Shown here in pieces: positions 21,172 through 31,392 of a stretch of 64,000 nucleotides of DNA. The stretch's first letter is position 1. Every line of letters begins with the position of its first letter. This stretch comes from Candidatus Eiseniibacteriota bacterium (GTDB lineage: Bacteria; Eisenbacteria; RBG-16-71-46), in assembly GCA_044223005.1 (NCBI GenBank), contig JBGAML010000020.1, positions 28,132 to 92,131 of the forward strand, given 5' to 3'. Both the position numbers and the translations under genes were made by a program. The notes beneath the pieces were generated by a model that ran no database searches, was not told where the DNA came from, and saw only the letters and a list, made by a program, of their open reading frames with translations.

Positions 21172-21289
21172 TGTCGGTCATTGCTGCGTCAACCAGATCC
21201 GCAATGAAACTGCAAGCAAACGTGTTTCATCCGAAGGGTTTGCGCTGCTCATTGCAAGACGCAAGCCGCCCCTTTCAGGGGGCTGGAAA

Positions 21290-24200
21290 TCAAGCGGATG
21301 GCGGCCCCAGTTCCAGCTCCACCCGGTGCTCCCCGGGGGCCCCGGACAGCGGAATCCGGGCCGTTCCGGCCTCGATCGCCAGCGGGGAGCCGTCCAGGGT
21401 CGCCCGGACGACCGCCCGCGGGTCCCCGCCGGGGCAGCGGACCGCGATCGCGTAGACCGCCCCGGACTCGGGAACGCGGTAGCGGACGCGGTACTCGCGC
21501 CACGATCCCGGCGTGCACGGGCGCACGCGCAGCGCGGTGCCGCGATCGCGCGTGATGCCGAGGATCGACTCGATCGCGACACGCAGCATCCAGCCGGCGG
21601 AGCCCGTGTACCAGGTCCAGCCGCCGCGCCCGACGTGCGGTGGCTCGCCGTAGACGTCGGCCACCACCACGTAGGGTTCGGTGCGGTAGCGCTCCACGTG
21701 CGCCGCGTCGCGGGTGTGCGACACCGGGCTCAGCATGGCGAGCAGGCGCGCCGCGAGGTCGTGATCGCCCAGTTCGGCGAACGCCCGCACCACCCACAGC
21801 GCCGCGTGCGTGTACTGGCCACCGTTCTCGCGCACGCCCTTCACGTAGCCCTTGATGTAACCGGGATCGTTGGGCGTGTCCTGGAACGCGGGCGTGAGCA
21901 ACCGGATCAGCCCGTCCGGTTCGGAGACGAGTTCACGGCGCGCCGCGTCCATCGCCATGCGCGCGCGCTCGGGGCTCGCCGCGCGGCTGATGACCGCCCA
22001 CGCCTGCGCGAGCCCGTCGATGCGGCACTCGTCGCTGGAGCGCGAGCCCATCGGCTGGCCGTTGTCGTAGTACGCGCGGCGGTACCACTCGCCGTCCCAG
22101 CCGCCGTCGTCGAGCGCGGTGCGCAGCTGCGCGCGGAAATCCGCGTACCGCGCGGCCCGCTCGTGATCGCCGCGGCGTTCGGCCAGCGGCACGAAGTCGC
22201 CGAGGATCGCGTACAGGAAGAAACCCATCCAGACGCTCTCGCCCCGGCCCTCGCGGCCGACGCGGTTCATGCCGTCGTTCCAGTCGCCGGTGCCGAAGAG
22301 CGGCAGGCCGTGCGCGCCGCGCACGAGCGAGCGGTCGATCGCGCGGCAGCAGTGCTCGTAGACGTCCGCCGACTGGCCGGAGTCCTTCGGGACGAGGAAC
22401 ACCTCGTCCTCGCCGGCCGGCAGCGCCGGTGCGGTGAGGAAGCGCGCGCGCTCGTCCAGCACCGCCGTGTCCCCCGTCGCGCCCACGTAGTACGCGGTGA
22501 GCAGCGGCAGCCACAGCAGGTCGTCGGCGAAGCGCGTACGGATGCCCTTGGCGAGCGGCGGATGCCACCAGTGCAGCACGTCGCCCTCGACGAACTGGTG
22601 CGCGGCGTGCAGCAGGATCTGCTCGCGCGCGAGCGACGGGCGCAGGTGCAGCAGCGAGGCCGCGTCCTGCAACTGGTCGCGGAAACCGAACGCGCCGCCC
22701 GACTGGTAGAAGGCGGTGCGGCCCCAGATGCGGCAGCTCAGCGTCTGGTAGGCGAGCCAACCGTTGACCATGAGGTCGAGCGCGGGCTCGGGCGTCTCGA
22801 TCGCGACGCCGGAGACGAGCGTGCGCCACGACTCGCGCACGTGTTCGAGTTCGCGCTCGATCGCGCCCGGCGCGCCGAGGCGCTCCACGAGCGCGCGGGC
22901 GGCCGCGGCGCTCTCGCACTCCCCGAGCACGAACGCGCACTCGGCGGTGGCGCCGGGCGCGATCTCGAGCGTCACCTGCTCGGCGAAACAGGGATCCAGC
23001 CCGGCGCCGAACACGCCGTCCAGCGCGCGGCCGGTCGCGACCGCCTCCGGGTGCGCCACCGAACCCGTCGCGCCGAAGAAGGCGGCCCGATCGCTCGTCG
23101 CGCTGCGCGCGATCGCAGGCGACGCCGGGATCGCCGCGGCGAACGCCACGCGCTCGGCGAACTCGCCGGCCATCGGGTTGCGGGCGACGAGGGCCGCGGT
23201 CGCCTCGTCGCGCGCGGTCACGACCCAGCGCGCGCTCTCCTCGGGCAGCACGCCGAGCACGAGGCGCGCGTACGACCAGAACGAGATCCGGCGCGCGCGA
23301 TCGGAGCGGTTCGTGACGCGCACGCGCGCGATCCGCGCCGGGGCGTCGGCGAGCGCGAACCAGGTGACCTCCTGCTCCAGCCCCCCGCCCGCGCTGCGCG
23401 CGGTGCTGTAGCCGAAGCCATGACGCATCTCGTGCGCGGACGGCCGCGGCGCGGGACCGGCGGTCGGCGTCCACCACTCGCCCGACTCCTCGTCGCGCAG
23501 GTAGAGCGCCTCCACGTGCGGGTCTCGCACGGGATCGTTGGTCCAGGGTGTGAGGCGGTGCTCGCGACTGTTCGCGGCCCAGGTGGACGCGGCGCCGGTC
23601 TCGCTGACGAGGAAACCGAAACCGGGATTCGCGATCACGTTGACCCACGGCAGCGGCGGCACCTGGGGCCCGAGCCCGTCGATCCACGGCATGCGGATCA
23701 CATACTCGGTGCCGTCGGCCGAGAAGCCGCCGTGCGGGCCCGCTTCGCGCAACGGCTCGTCGAGCGGCAGCGCCGCCGGCGCCGCGTGCGCCGGCGCGTG
23801 GCCGTTCGGGGCGTGCCGCGGCAGGTGCTCGCGCGCACGCGCGGCGGCGGCCGCACCGGCGAGCGGCTGGTCGAGCACGAGGCTCGCGGCCGACAGCAGC
23901 GACGCGCGGCCGTCCGGCGAGTGCGCGGCCTCGGGCGCCGTCGCGCCGGGGCGATCGAGGATCACGAGCTGCGTCTCGAGCCCGAGCGCGCTCCACTCGC
24001 GCCGCGCGGCCTCGAGCGTGGCGAGATCGCCGGCGCCGGCACGGGCGACGACGAGTGGCCGCCCCGGGGCGAGCCCCAGCGCGCGCGCCGACGCGGCGTC
24101 GCGCGGCTCGCGCAGCAGTTCGTCGGCGGGCGCGCGCAGGGCCGGGTCGCCGGCGAGCATCGCGGCGCCCAGCGCCTGCAGGTTCTCGGCGTCACCGGCG

Positions 24201-25123
24201 GACACGCCCGCGGTGCGCAGTGCGGCGAACGCGTGCGCGCGCGCGCCCGCGAATGCGGCGTCCGCCGCGCCGGCGGCGCCGAGCCGGTGCACGAGCGCGA
24301 GCGCGGCGGGCGCGGCGTCGGCCACGCCGAGCACGAAGGTCAGCGTCGCGGTGCCGTTCGCCGGCAGCACGAGTTCGCGGCGCAGGCAGGCGACGGGATC
24401 GAGCACGTTGCCGACGGTGCCGCTCAGTTGCGCCTCCCCCGCCATCGCGGCGGGGCGCGACGGCGTGCGGCCGCGGCCCAGCCAGCGCACGCGGTCGGTC
24501 TCGCAGCTCACGGCGCCGGATTCGAGCAGCGCGTGCACCAGGACCGGATGGCGCTCGTCGTTCCCGCGCGGCCGGCGGTGCGCGAGAATCGCGCGCGCGT
24601 CGGCGTCGAAGGACGTCTGGACGAACAGCTTGGAGAACGCGGGATGTCCCGCGTCGGCCGCGGGATGGTGCAGCACGATTTCGGCGGCCGTGGTCACGTC
24701 CAGGCGGCGGTCACACCCGCTTCGCTCGACGAGCGTGACGCGGCGGACCTCGGCGTCCGCGTCGGCCACCACGCAGACCTCGAGCGTCGCCTCGAGCCCG
24801 GCCTGCGCGTGGACCAGCGTGAAGACGCCCGGCTCCCAGCGCGTCTCGTAGTGCTCGGCCGCGTGTCCCGCGGGCTCGAGCCCGAGCGTGAACGACCGGC
24901 CGTCGGCCAGGTCGCGCACCCAGACCGCGAGCCCGGAGACGTCTTCGAGCGGATCCGTGGCGGCGCGCGTGAGCGCGTGCGCGCCGCAGCGCGACACGCC
25001 TCCGCCGGCGTGCGTCAAGAGCACGCCGTAGCGCCCGTTGGACAGCATGCGGCCGCCCGGATACGCCTTCGCCGTCCGCGCGAGGGTTCCGCGCGCGGAC
25101 GTGCCCTGTTCGATCGTACTCAT
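21290..25123 (-). CDS. GH94 glycoside phosphorylase similar to the C-terminal region of cyclic beta-1,2-glucan synthase (Cgs/NdvB)
   Basis: Two supersandwich repeats (LSNGRY, NVIANPGFGF), FYQSGGAFGFRDQLQD, GDWNDGMNRVG, GYIKGY..GVRENGGQYTH, GRGGWTWYTGSAGW; no signal peptide or TM region. Confidence 0.88.
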   Translation of the reverse strand: MSTIEQGTSARGTLARTAKAYPGGRMLSNGRYGVLLTHAGGGVSRCGAHALTRAATDPLEDVSGLAVWVRDLADGRSFTLGLEPAGHAAEHYETRWEPGVFTLVHAQAGLEATLEVCVVADADAEVRRVTLVERSGCDRRLDVTTAAEIVLHHPAADAGHPAFSKLFVQTSFDADARAILAHRRPRGNDERHPVLVHALLESGAVSCETDRVRWLGRGRTPSRPAAMAGEAQLSGTVGNVLDPVACLRRELVLPANGTATLTFVLGVADAAPAALALVHRLGAAGAADAAFAGARAHAFAALRTAGVSAGDAENLQALGAAMLAGDPALRAPADELLREPRDAASARALGLAPGRPLVVARAGAGDLATLEAARREWSALGLETQLVILDRPGATAPEAAHSPDGRASLLSAASLVLDQPLAGAAAAARAREHLPRHAPNGHAPAHAAPAALPLDEPLREAGPHGGFSADGTEYVIRMPWIDGLGPQVPPLPWVNVIANPGFGFLVSETGAASTWAANSREHRLTPWTNDPVRDPHVEALYLRDEESGEWWTPTAGPAPRPSAHEMRHGFGYSTARSAGGGLEQEVTWFALADAPARIARVRVTNRSDRARRISFWSYARLVLGVLPEESARWVVTARDEATAALVARNPMAGEFAERVAFAAAIPASPAIARSATSDRAAFFGATGSVAHPEAVATGRALDGVFGAGLDPCFAEQVTLEIAPGATAECAFVLGECESAAAARALVERLGAPGAIERELEHVRESWRTLVSGVAIETPEPALDLMVNGWLAYQTLSCRIWGRTAFYQSGGAFGFRDQLQDAASLLHLRPSLAREQILLHAAHQFVEGDVLHWWHPPLAKGIRTRFADDLLWLPLLTAYYVGATGDTAVLDERARFLTAPALPAGEDEVFLVPKDSGQSADVYEHCCRAIDRSLVRGAHGLPLFGTGDWNDGMNRVGREGRGESVWMGFFLYAILGDFVPLAERRGDHERAARYADFRAQLRTALDDGGWDGEWYRRAYYDNGQPMGSRSSDECRIDGLAQAWAVISRAASPERARMAMDAARRELVSEPDGLIRLLTPAFQDTPNDPGYIKGYVKGVRENGGQYTHAALWVVRAFAELGDHDLAARLLAMLSPVSHTRDAAHVERYRTEPYVVVADVYGEPPHVGRGGWTWYTGSAGWMLRVAIESILGITRDRGTALRVRPCTPGSWREYRVRYRVPESGAVYAIAVRCPGGDPRAVVRATLDGSPLAIEAGTARIPLSGAPGEHRVELELGPPSA

Positions 25124-25163
25124 CGAGCTCCCGAAGCTCGGACCACGCGGGGTCCGGAAAAGG

Positions 25164-26810
25164 TCACCGCAAGAGTACCGCACGCCGGACGGTCGATTCA
25201 CGCCCGGCCTCGAGCCGGAACAGGTACACCCCGGCCGCGAGGCCGCGGGCGTCCATGCGGATGGCGTGCTCTCCCGCCGTGCGTTCCTCGTCCAGCACCG
25301 TGGCGACCTGGCGGCCCAGGACGTCGTACGCGATCAGGCGCACGTGCGTCGCGGCGGGCAGCCGGAAACGGAGCGTGGTCGAGCTGCGGAACGGGGTCGG
25401 TTCCGCGGCGAGCTGCAGCCGGGGTGCCTCGATCGCCGGCGGTCCGGAAACCCCGGTGGCGTTGAAGGGCACGAACCCGGCCTGCGCGAGGCCGCGCTGG
25501 ATGTCGGCGTTCTTCATCGTGCGGCCCCAGACCAGCCCGTTCTGGGCGTTCTCGAGCATCAGCACGATCGGGCCCTGGTCGATCCCGAGCACGGCGGTCG
25601 TGAACCACGGCGTCTTCTTCGGGTTGAACGCGTCGCCGAACCCGTAGGGTCCCCAGTAGGGATAGTAGAGGCCGTTGTAGAGCGTGTTCGCGTGCGCGTA
25701 CATGTTCTTGATGCACGGCCACACGGAATCCGGCGCGAACGGATACGACGAGATCGGCGCCGTCGGCGTGAGGGTGCCGTTGTCGGTGCCGAGCGGCGCA
25801 CCGTGCGCGACGTAACCGCTCGGGTCGTCGCTCGCCGTGAAGCCCCAGAGCGAATCGCTCTCGCCCAGCCGGAACTGCGGGTACTGCGCACCGTAAAGCT
25901 GCTCGAGGATGCCGTTCGCACGCGCGTACATGATCTGCGAGATCGTCGCGCGCCGGGAGTTCTCGAAGTAGGTGATGCCCTTCGTGGCCATGTAGAGATC
26001 GACGGTGTTCCGGAAATCGATCCAGCAGTGCGAGTACTGGTGACCGAAGAGCGGAGGGAACCGCACGTAGGGCTGCCCGCCCGAGATCGAGGTGCCCCAG
26101 CTGTAGCCGCTCGTCCAGTACGTCCAGTCGGAGGCCGGCACCGGGTGCGTCGGCGAGCCCAGCGCCAGCAGGTACATGATCATCGCCTCGTTGTAGCCGA
26201 TCCAGCGCCCGAAGCCGCCGAAGCCCGTCGAGGGATTCCAGCCCATCGCGATGCCCGGCCCGCCGTTGCGGACCCAGTTCCAGTCCGCACGCCACGTGAT
26301 CGAGTCGGCGAGCGCGCGGATCTGCTGCTCGACCGGATCCTCGGGCGTCGCGAAGTACTCGCGGCAGTGGAGGATGCCCGCGAACAGCAGTGCGGTGTCG
26401 ATCGTCGACAGTTCCGAGTTCCAGTCGACGCGGCGCGTGGCGGTGTTCATGTCGAGCCAGTGGTAGTAGAGGCCCTGGTAGCCGATCACCCCACTCACCT
26501 GCGGACCCTGCGGACCGTTCCAGAAGGTCTGCAGCGTCGTGAGCACTCGGTCGCGGCCCTCGTCGCGCGTGATCCAGCCGTGGTCGATGCCCACGGTGAT
26601 CGCGCTCAGGCCGAAGCCCGTCGAGGCGATGCTGCACACCGATCCCGGCGTGCTGCGGTCCGGGACGAGACCATTGGCGGGATTGGCCTGGTACCAGAAG
26701 AACCGGAAGCCGGAGTACTGGATCGAATCCAGCACGGCGCTCCGGTCCTGGGCGAGCGCCGGGAACGCGGCGAGCGCGAGGAACACGAAGGCGAGGGCGA
26801 TGCGCTTCAT
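25164..26810 (-). CDS. Secreted GH144-like (glycoamylase/endo-beta-1,2-glucanase) enzyme with T9SS-like C-terminal domain
   Basis: Signal peptide; GLVPDR, SIASTGFGL, ELSTIDTALL, GYNEAMIMYLLALGSPTHP, PLFGHQYSH, LGIDQGPI..MLEN; tail PTPFRSST...YDVLGRQV...GVYLFRL. Confidence 0.85.
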   Translation of the reverse strand: MKRIALAFVFLALAAFPALAQDRSAVLDSIQYSGFRFFWYQANPANGLVPDRSTPGSVCSIASTGFGLSAITVGIDHGWITRDEGRDRVLTTLQTFWNGPQGPQVSGVIGYQGLYYHWLDMNTATRRVDWNSELSTIDTALLFAGILHCREYFATPEDPVEQQIRALADSITWRADWNWVRNGGPGIAMGWNPSTGFGGFGRWIGYNEAMIMYLLALGSPTHPVPASDWTYWTSGYSWGTSISGGQPYVRFPPLFGHQYSHCWIDFRNTVDLYMATKGITYFENSRRATISQIMYARANGILEQLYGAQYPQFRLGESDSLWGFTASDDPSGYVAHGAPLGTDNGTLTPTAPISSYPFAPDSVWPCIKNMYAHANTLYNGLYYPYWGPYGFGDAFNPKKTPWFTTAVLGIDQGPIVLMLENAQNGLVWGRTMKNADIQRGLAQAGFVPFNATGVSGPPAIEAPRLQLAAEPTPFRSSTTLRFRLPAATHVRLIAYDVLGRQVATVLDEERTAGEHAIRMDARGLAAGVYLFRLEAGRESTVRRAVLLR

Positions 26811-26987
26811 CGAAGGACCTTTCAGGCTCGCGTCCGGGTTGCGAGGTCGGGGGTGTTCTCGGGCGCCGACGCCCGATACCGGTGTGAGCCGCCCGGGAGA
26901 ACCCCCGGCCGGGGTCCGCCGGCCGACCGCTCCGGCGGGTGTCGCGGCGGGGCCCCGTCCGGGGCCCCGCGGGAAAGTGTGACGCCT

Positions 26988-27998
26988 CTAGAAGCCGATG
27001 GCCAGACTGACGCGCTGCGAGTGGCCGAGGCGGCCCTGGTCCGCCCACGCGTAGTCCACGTGGTAGCGGTAGGTGTCGATCCGGCCCCCGATGCCCGCGC
27101 CGAGCGTGGCACCGACCTCGGAATCCTCCAGGAACAGGTTCTGCCAGCCCGCGCGCAGCGCGAGGAGGCTCTTGATCGAGTACTCCGCCCCGAGGCTCAC
27201 GCTCTCGGAGTTGTCGTTCGGGTGGAACGCATCGGCCTCCAGCAGCAGCCGCTGGCCGTCACCCCACCGGTACGGCATCGCGAGGCCGACCCGGAACATC
27301 ACCGGGACGGCGAACGAGTCCGTGTAGCGGGTCGCCGGGAGCGACGCGTTGTCGCCGTTCTGGCCGGGCACGTTGTCGTAGGTGAACCGCAGGTCGCGGC
27401 CGTCGAACGCGCCGCGCGTGCCGAAGTTCGTCAGGCTGGAGCCGATGCGCAGGCCGTTCTCGCTGACGCGGTAGAGCGTGCCGACGTTGACCGTCACCGC
27501 GCTCGCGCTCGTGTGCCAGATCGTCTCCTGCACGTAGTTCACCTGTGCGCCCGCCGCGAACCGAGGCGAGATCTGGCGCCCGTATCCGAGCGACAGCGCC
27601 ACGTCGTTCACGGAGTAGCGTTCCCCCGTCCCGAGCGGCTGGTCCACCGTGCGCACCTCGATGTCCCCGGAGTTGAGCGCGGTGATCGTGGTGAACGCCG
27701 CCCCCAGCGAACCGAGCGGGATCGCGAGGGCCACGTAATCGTGCTGGATGTTCGCGATCCAGCTGTTGTGGGAGAAGATCACCTCGGTGGACTTGACCGT
27801 GCCGATCGAGGCCGGGTTGTAGTAGACGCCCTCGATGCCGTCGTACGCGGAGACACCCGCGTTGCCCATCGCCACGATGCGGGCGTTGGGCTCGATCTGC
27901 AGGAACGTCCCCAGCGTCGTGCCCGTGTTGGTCTGCGCGGACGCCGGGCCCGCGACGCATGCCGTGGCGATCGCCGCGGCCAGGAATGCCTTCTTCAT
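26988..27998 (-). CDS. PorV/PorQ-family outer-membrane beta-barrel
   Basis: Signal peptide, FLQIEPNARIVAMGNA, YYNPAS, amphipathic strands, VDYAW, terminal Phe. Confidence 0.82.
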   Translation of the reverse strand: MKKAFLAAAIATACVAGPASAQTNTGTTLGTFLQIEPNARIVAMGNAGVSAYDGIEGVYYNPASIGTVKSTEVIFSHNSWIANIQHDYVALAIPLGSLGAAFTTITALNSGDIEVRTVDQPLGTGERYSVNDVALSLGYGRQISPRFAAGAQVNYVQETIWHTSASAVTVNVGTLYRVSENGLRIGSSLTNFGTRGAFDGRDLRFTYDNVPGQNGDNASLPATRYTDSFAVPVMFRVGLAMPYRWGDGQRLLLEADAFHPNDNSESVSLGAEYSIKSLLALRAGWQNLFLEDSEVGATLGAGIGGRIDTYRYHVDYAWADQGRLGHSQRVSLAIGF

Positions 27999-28012
27999 GT
28001 CGGCCCCCGCGC

Positions 28013-31000
28013 TCACTTGATCACCGCGAACTTGCCGATGTTCGTGCCGAGACCCGGCGCATCGACGTGGAAGATGTACAGGCCCGGGGCGACGTCGAGG
28101 TTGTCCTTCGTCCGCAGGTCCCACGGCACCATGCCGTCGATCGTCCCGTCCTGGCGGAGCACCTGGACGAGATCGCCGTGCACCGTATAGATCCGGATCA
28201 CCGCGTTCGACGGAATCGCGCGGAACTCGATGCGGCGGTCACCACGACCCGACGACGCGAAGCGAGCCGGTTCGAAGCTCGCCTCGGCGATGTACGGATT
28301 CGGGACCACGTACGGCCTCTGGTTCCAGTCCGCCCTCGCCTTCGACGGATCGATCACCTGCGCACCGGTCGAGAACGTGAAGATGTCGTCGGAGCTCAAC
28401 GGCATCCGCAGCTTGAGGTCGTAGATGTCGCCGGTACGCGGCCGGATGATGTCCTTCTCCTTCACGACCGTGGTGTCGATCTGGAAGCGCCACGTGAGGT
28501 CCGCGAGCGTCGGGTCGTCCGGCACCAGCCCGACGACGTCGATGCGGTCGGCGGCGTTGCTGAGCGTGCTGTCGCGCTGGAAGAAGCCCACGCCGCTCAG
28601 TGGCCGCGTGTCGAGGAACTTGAAGAGCAGCAGCTTGTCCCCCGTCGCCGTGTGGGCGATCACGTGGAACTTGGCCGCGCCCGACCGCACGAAGTGCCGC
28701 AGCGTGTCGACGTAGGCGATCGACGTGTCCACCGCCGCGTCGTCGAACACCACCGAGATCGAGTCCGGGTAGCCCGTCACGCGCTGGGCCGGCGTGATGT
28801 ACTTCTGCGGGTTTAGCGACACGGCCATCTGGATGTTGGTCGCGCTGCCCGCGCGCCAACCCGAACGCTGCGTGTCCACCGCCACGTTCTGGATCTGCTT
28901 GGTCACCTCGGGCAGCAGGCCCGAGCCCACCGGGCCCGTCCCCTGCGCCTGGAAGTCCTTGCCGTACTCGAACAGCGTCGTGTGGGTCGTGCTGTCCCGC
29001 AGGAAGTAGCGTTCCGCCGGCACGACGTCGTGCGCCTGGTCGAAGCCCACGTAGAACAGGTGACCGTTCGGGATCTTGTTCGAGTTGACGATGTCCATCG
29101 TCACCGTCCCGATGCCGACCCCGCGCGCGTGCTGCACGGCCGTGGTCGTCGCCGGCTCGAAACCCGCGACGTGCGGTTCGGGCCGCACCGCGACCACGTT
29201 GCTCGGCAGGATCAGGCCTCCTCGCAAGGTGCGCGAGACCGGGATCGAGTTCTCGGACGGATAGAACGACGTCGAATCCGAACCGGTGTCGAAGCCGTAG
29301 TCGTACGCGCAGACAGCGTAGTAGTACTGCTGGCCGTTCGTGACCGTGGTGTCCGTCCACGTGTGCCGGATGCCGGTGTCGCTGCCGAGCCAGTACTGCA
29401 CGCCCTCGACCGCGAGCCGCGAGTAGCCCTGCCGCTGGTCGATCAGGTCGAACTGGGCGAGCGGCTGGCCGTTGCCGAGTGGCTGCGTCCCCTGCCCGTT
29501 CGTGACCTTGCGCGGGTCGACGAAGTCGGGGTCGGTGGAACGGTAGATGCGATAGCCCTCGAAGTCCTGGTCGAACGTCACGGGGTCGACGGAGCGCTCG
29601 GCGTCGTCGCTCCACGACAGGCGCACGCGCCCGTCGCCCGTTTCGGCGGTGAGCGTCGGCCGCTTGGGCGGCACGGCGAACTGGTAACCGGCGTTGTAGA
29701 TCTGCTGCACGGTGTGCACGGCCGCGCGCAGCTCCGGCAGCGTCGAGCCGTACGCGAGCGCGAGGCTGAAGCGCTCGCGCAGACCCGCCTGCAGCCGGAA
29801 GGGACCCGACGCGAAGAGGAACCCGATGTTCCAGTTGAGCGCCGCGGCGGAGTCGAACCGGGCGGCGAAGTTCCCCTGCGTGAAGAAGTCGTAGAGGCGG
29901 TTCGGCCAGTCGATGCCGTCCAGGTTCGCGAAGGTGATGCCGTCGGGCGGATGCGGGTCGGTGTTGCCCTTGCCGCGCGCGATGCGGTTCATCTTGAACC
30001 CGGTGAGGCCGATCTGGTCCGACTCGTGCAGGTCGGTCTTGTCGAAGTTGGGCTCGCCGGACGTCGGCATGAAGTCGCCCTCGCCGGTGTCGTGTGTGCC
30101 GGGCACGCCGTCGCCACCGACGTCGTCCGTGACGACGTTCCAGGTGAGGTCCTCGTCACCCGTCCACCACACGGCCGACTTGTACGCGGGCCGCTTCACG
30201 ATCGGGCCATAGGCCGCGACGAACTTGGTGGTGTCGTAGTGCGACGCCACCCAGTCGAGGATCGAGTCCTGCCCGGTGATCACGAAACCGGGGCCGCCGT
30301 CGCGGCGCTCGTCCACGACGCCGTCGTCGTCGTTGTCGAAGCCGTCGAACGGATTGCCCGGCGTCTCGAGGTACGCATAGCCGAGGTAGCCCGTGCGCGT
30401 GCAGTTGCTCGCGAGCGAGACGCCCCGCATGTTCGTGTCCCACGTGTAGACGAGGTTCAGCCCGAGCGAGCGGTCGAAGTACGCGTTGTCGTCGTCGGAT
30501 TCGGCCACCTGGTCGCACGAGATCGACGAGCCACCGACGCCCGAGTCCATGTACAGGCCGAAGATCACGTCCGGCCACGTCGTGGTGCTCTCGTTGGTGA
30601 TGTCGTAGTGCCAGAAGATGACGTTGCCGGCCTGCGGATTGGACCACTGGAATCCGCGCACCTCGACGCGCAGGCCCATGCCGCGCCGCGTGACGTCGGT
30701 GGAGTCCGCGACCATCGGGATCGTGCGGTAGCGGTCGTCGTCCATGACCGTGTAGCTCTCCTGGTCGGCGGCGGGACGCTTGCCGAAGTAGCCGTCCCAG
30801 CTCCCCTTCCAGCCCGGATCGTCGACGTCGTCGACCTTGTCCGGCCACGCGTCCGGCCACGTGCGCGGGTCGTGGCTCATGGCCGGCGAGCGGTCGATAT
30901 TGATGGCCGGATCGGGCTGGAAGAAGCCCGGACGCGGCTCGAAGCGCATCATGCGTCGGTCGGGATCGAGCGCCTGCCGTTCGCGGTAGCCCGTTTCCAT

Positions 31001-31360
31001 GACATAGAGCCACGTCGTGGTGTCCTCGGGCGAACCCGGGGCGTGCGGGTGGTAGCGCTCGAGCACGAAGGGCGTCACGCCGTCGCTGTAGTTGACGCCT
31101 TCCGGTCCCTTCGGCACCTGCATCGAGAAGAAGATGCTCAGGTCGACGTTGACGGGATCGCTCGGGTAGTCGCCGACCATCCCGAAGTTCCAGAAGCGCG
31201 TGCGGATGTTGTTGGCGTTGTGCGTACCCAGACGCTCGGCCGAGATGTTGCCTCGCTGGTCGGGCGGCACGGCGGTATCCGCGGCGCGGGCGAACGGCGC
31301 CGCCGTGATGAACAGGGCCAGCGCCGCGACGGCGCACGCCACCCACTTCCTGGCAGTCAT
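28013..31360 (-). CDS. Large secreted protein with Asp-rich Ca-binding-like loops, an FN3-like domain and a VVPNPY-type C-terminal sorting domain
   Basis: Signal peptide; DGFDNDDDGVVDE, GDGRVRLSW...DFEGYRIYRS, YYYAVCAYD, VVPNPY...IRIYTVHGDLV...WDLRTKDNLDVAPGLYIFHV; alternative start 31396. Confidence 0.78.
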   Translation of the reverse strand: MTARKWVACAVAALALFITAAPFARAADTAVPPDQRGNISAERLGTHNANNIRTRFWNFGMVGDYPSDPVNVDLSIFFSMQVPKGPEGVNYSDGVTPFVLERYHPHAPGSPEDTTTWLYVMETGYRERQALDPDRRMMRFEPRPGFFQPDPAINIDRSPAMSHDPRTWPDAWPDKVDDVDDPGWKGSWDGYFGKRPAADQESYTVMDDDRYRTIPMVADSTDVTRRGMGLRVEVRGFQWSNPQAGNVIFWHYDITNESTTTWPDVIFGLYMDSGVGGSSISCDQVAESDDDNAYFDRSLGLNLVYTWDTNMRGVSLASNCTRTGYLGYAYLETPGNPFDGFDNDDDGVVDERRDGGPGFVITGQDSILDWVASHYDTTKFVAAYGPIVKRPAYKSAVWWTGDEDLTWNVVTDDVGGDGVPGTHDTGEGDFMPTSGEPNFDKTDLHESDQIGLTGFKMNRIARGKGNTDPHPPDGITFANLDGIDWPNRLYDFFTQGNFAARFDSAAALNWNIGFLFASGPFRLQAGLRERFSLALAYGSTLPELRAAVHTVQQIYNAGYQFAVPPKRPTLTAETGDGRVRLSWSDDAERSVDPVTFDQDFEGYRIYRSTDPDFVDPRKVTNGQGTQPLGNGQPLAQFDLIDQRQGYSRLAVEGVQYWLGSDTGIRHTWTDTTVTNGQQYYYAVCAYDYGFDTGSDSTSFYPSENSIPVSRTLRGGLILPSNVVAVRPEPHVAGFEPATTTAVQHARGVGIGTVTMDIVNSNKIPNGHLFYVGFDQAHDVVPAERYFLRDSTTHTTLFEYGKDFQAQGTGPVGSGLLPEVTKQIQNVAVDTQRSGWRAGSATNIQMAVSLNPQKYITPAQRVTGYPDSISVVFDDAAVDTSIAYVDTLRHFVRSGAAKFHVIAHTATGDKLLLFKFLDTRPLSGVGFFQRDSTLSNAADRIDVVGLVPDDPTLADLTWRFQIDTTVVKEKDIIRPRTGDIYDLKLRMPLSSDDIFTFSTGAQVIDPSKARADWNQRPYVVPNPYIAEASFEPARFASSGRGDRRIEFRAIPSNAVIRIYTVHGDLVQVLRQDGTIDGMVPWDLRTKDNLDVAPGLYIFHVDAPGLGTNIGKFAVIK

Positions 31361-31392
31361 GTCACTGTCCTCGTGACGTGGGGTCCGGAGAT

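Noticed and set aside
21181..21290. c-di-GMP-I riboswitch suggested by GCAAACC on the minus strand
   Set aside because: No GAAA tetraloop or GGGACGCAAAGC follow-up; only a short ATGAAAC/GTTTCAT inverted repeat
21290..25123. Cyclic beta-1,2-glucan synthase (Cgs/NdvB)
   Set aside because: Only the GH94 region is present; there is no GT84 domain or TM segment, so it is a stand-alone phosphorylase-like protein
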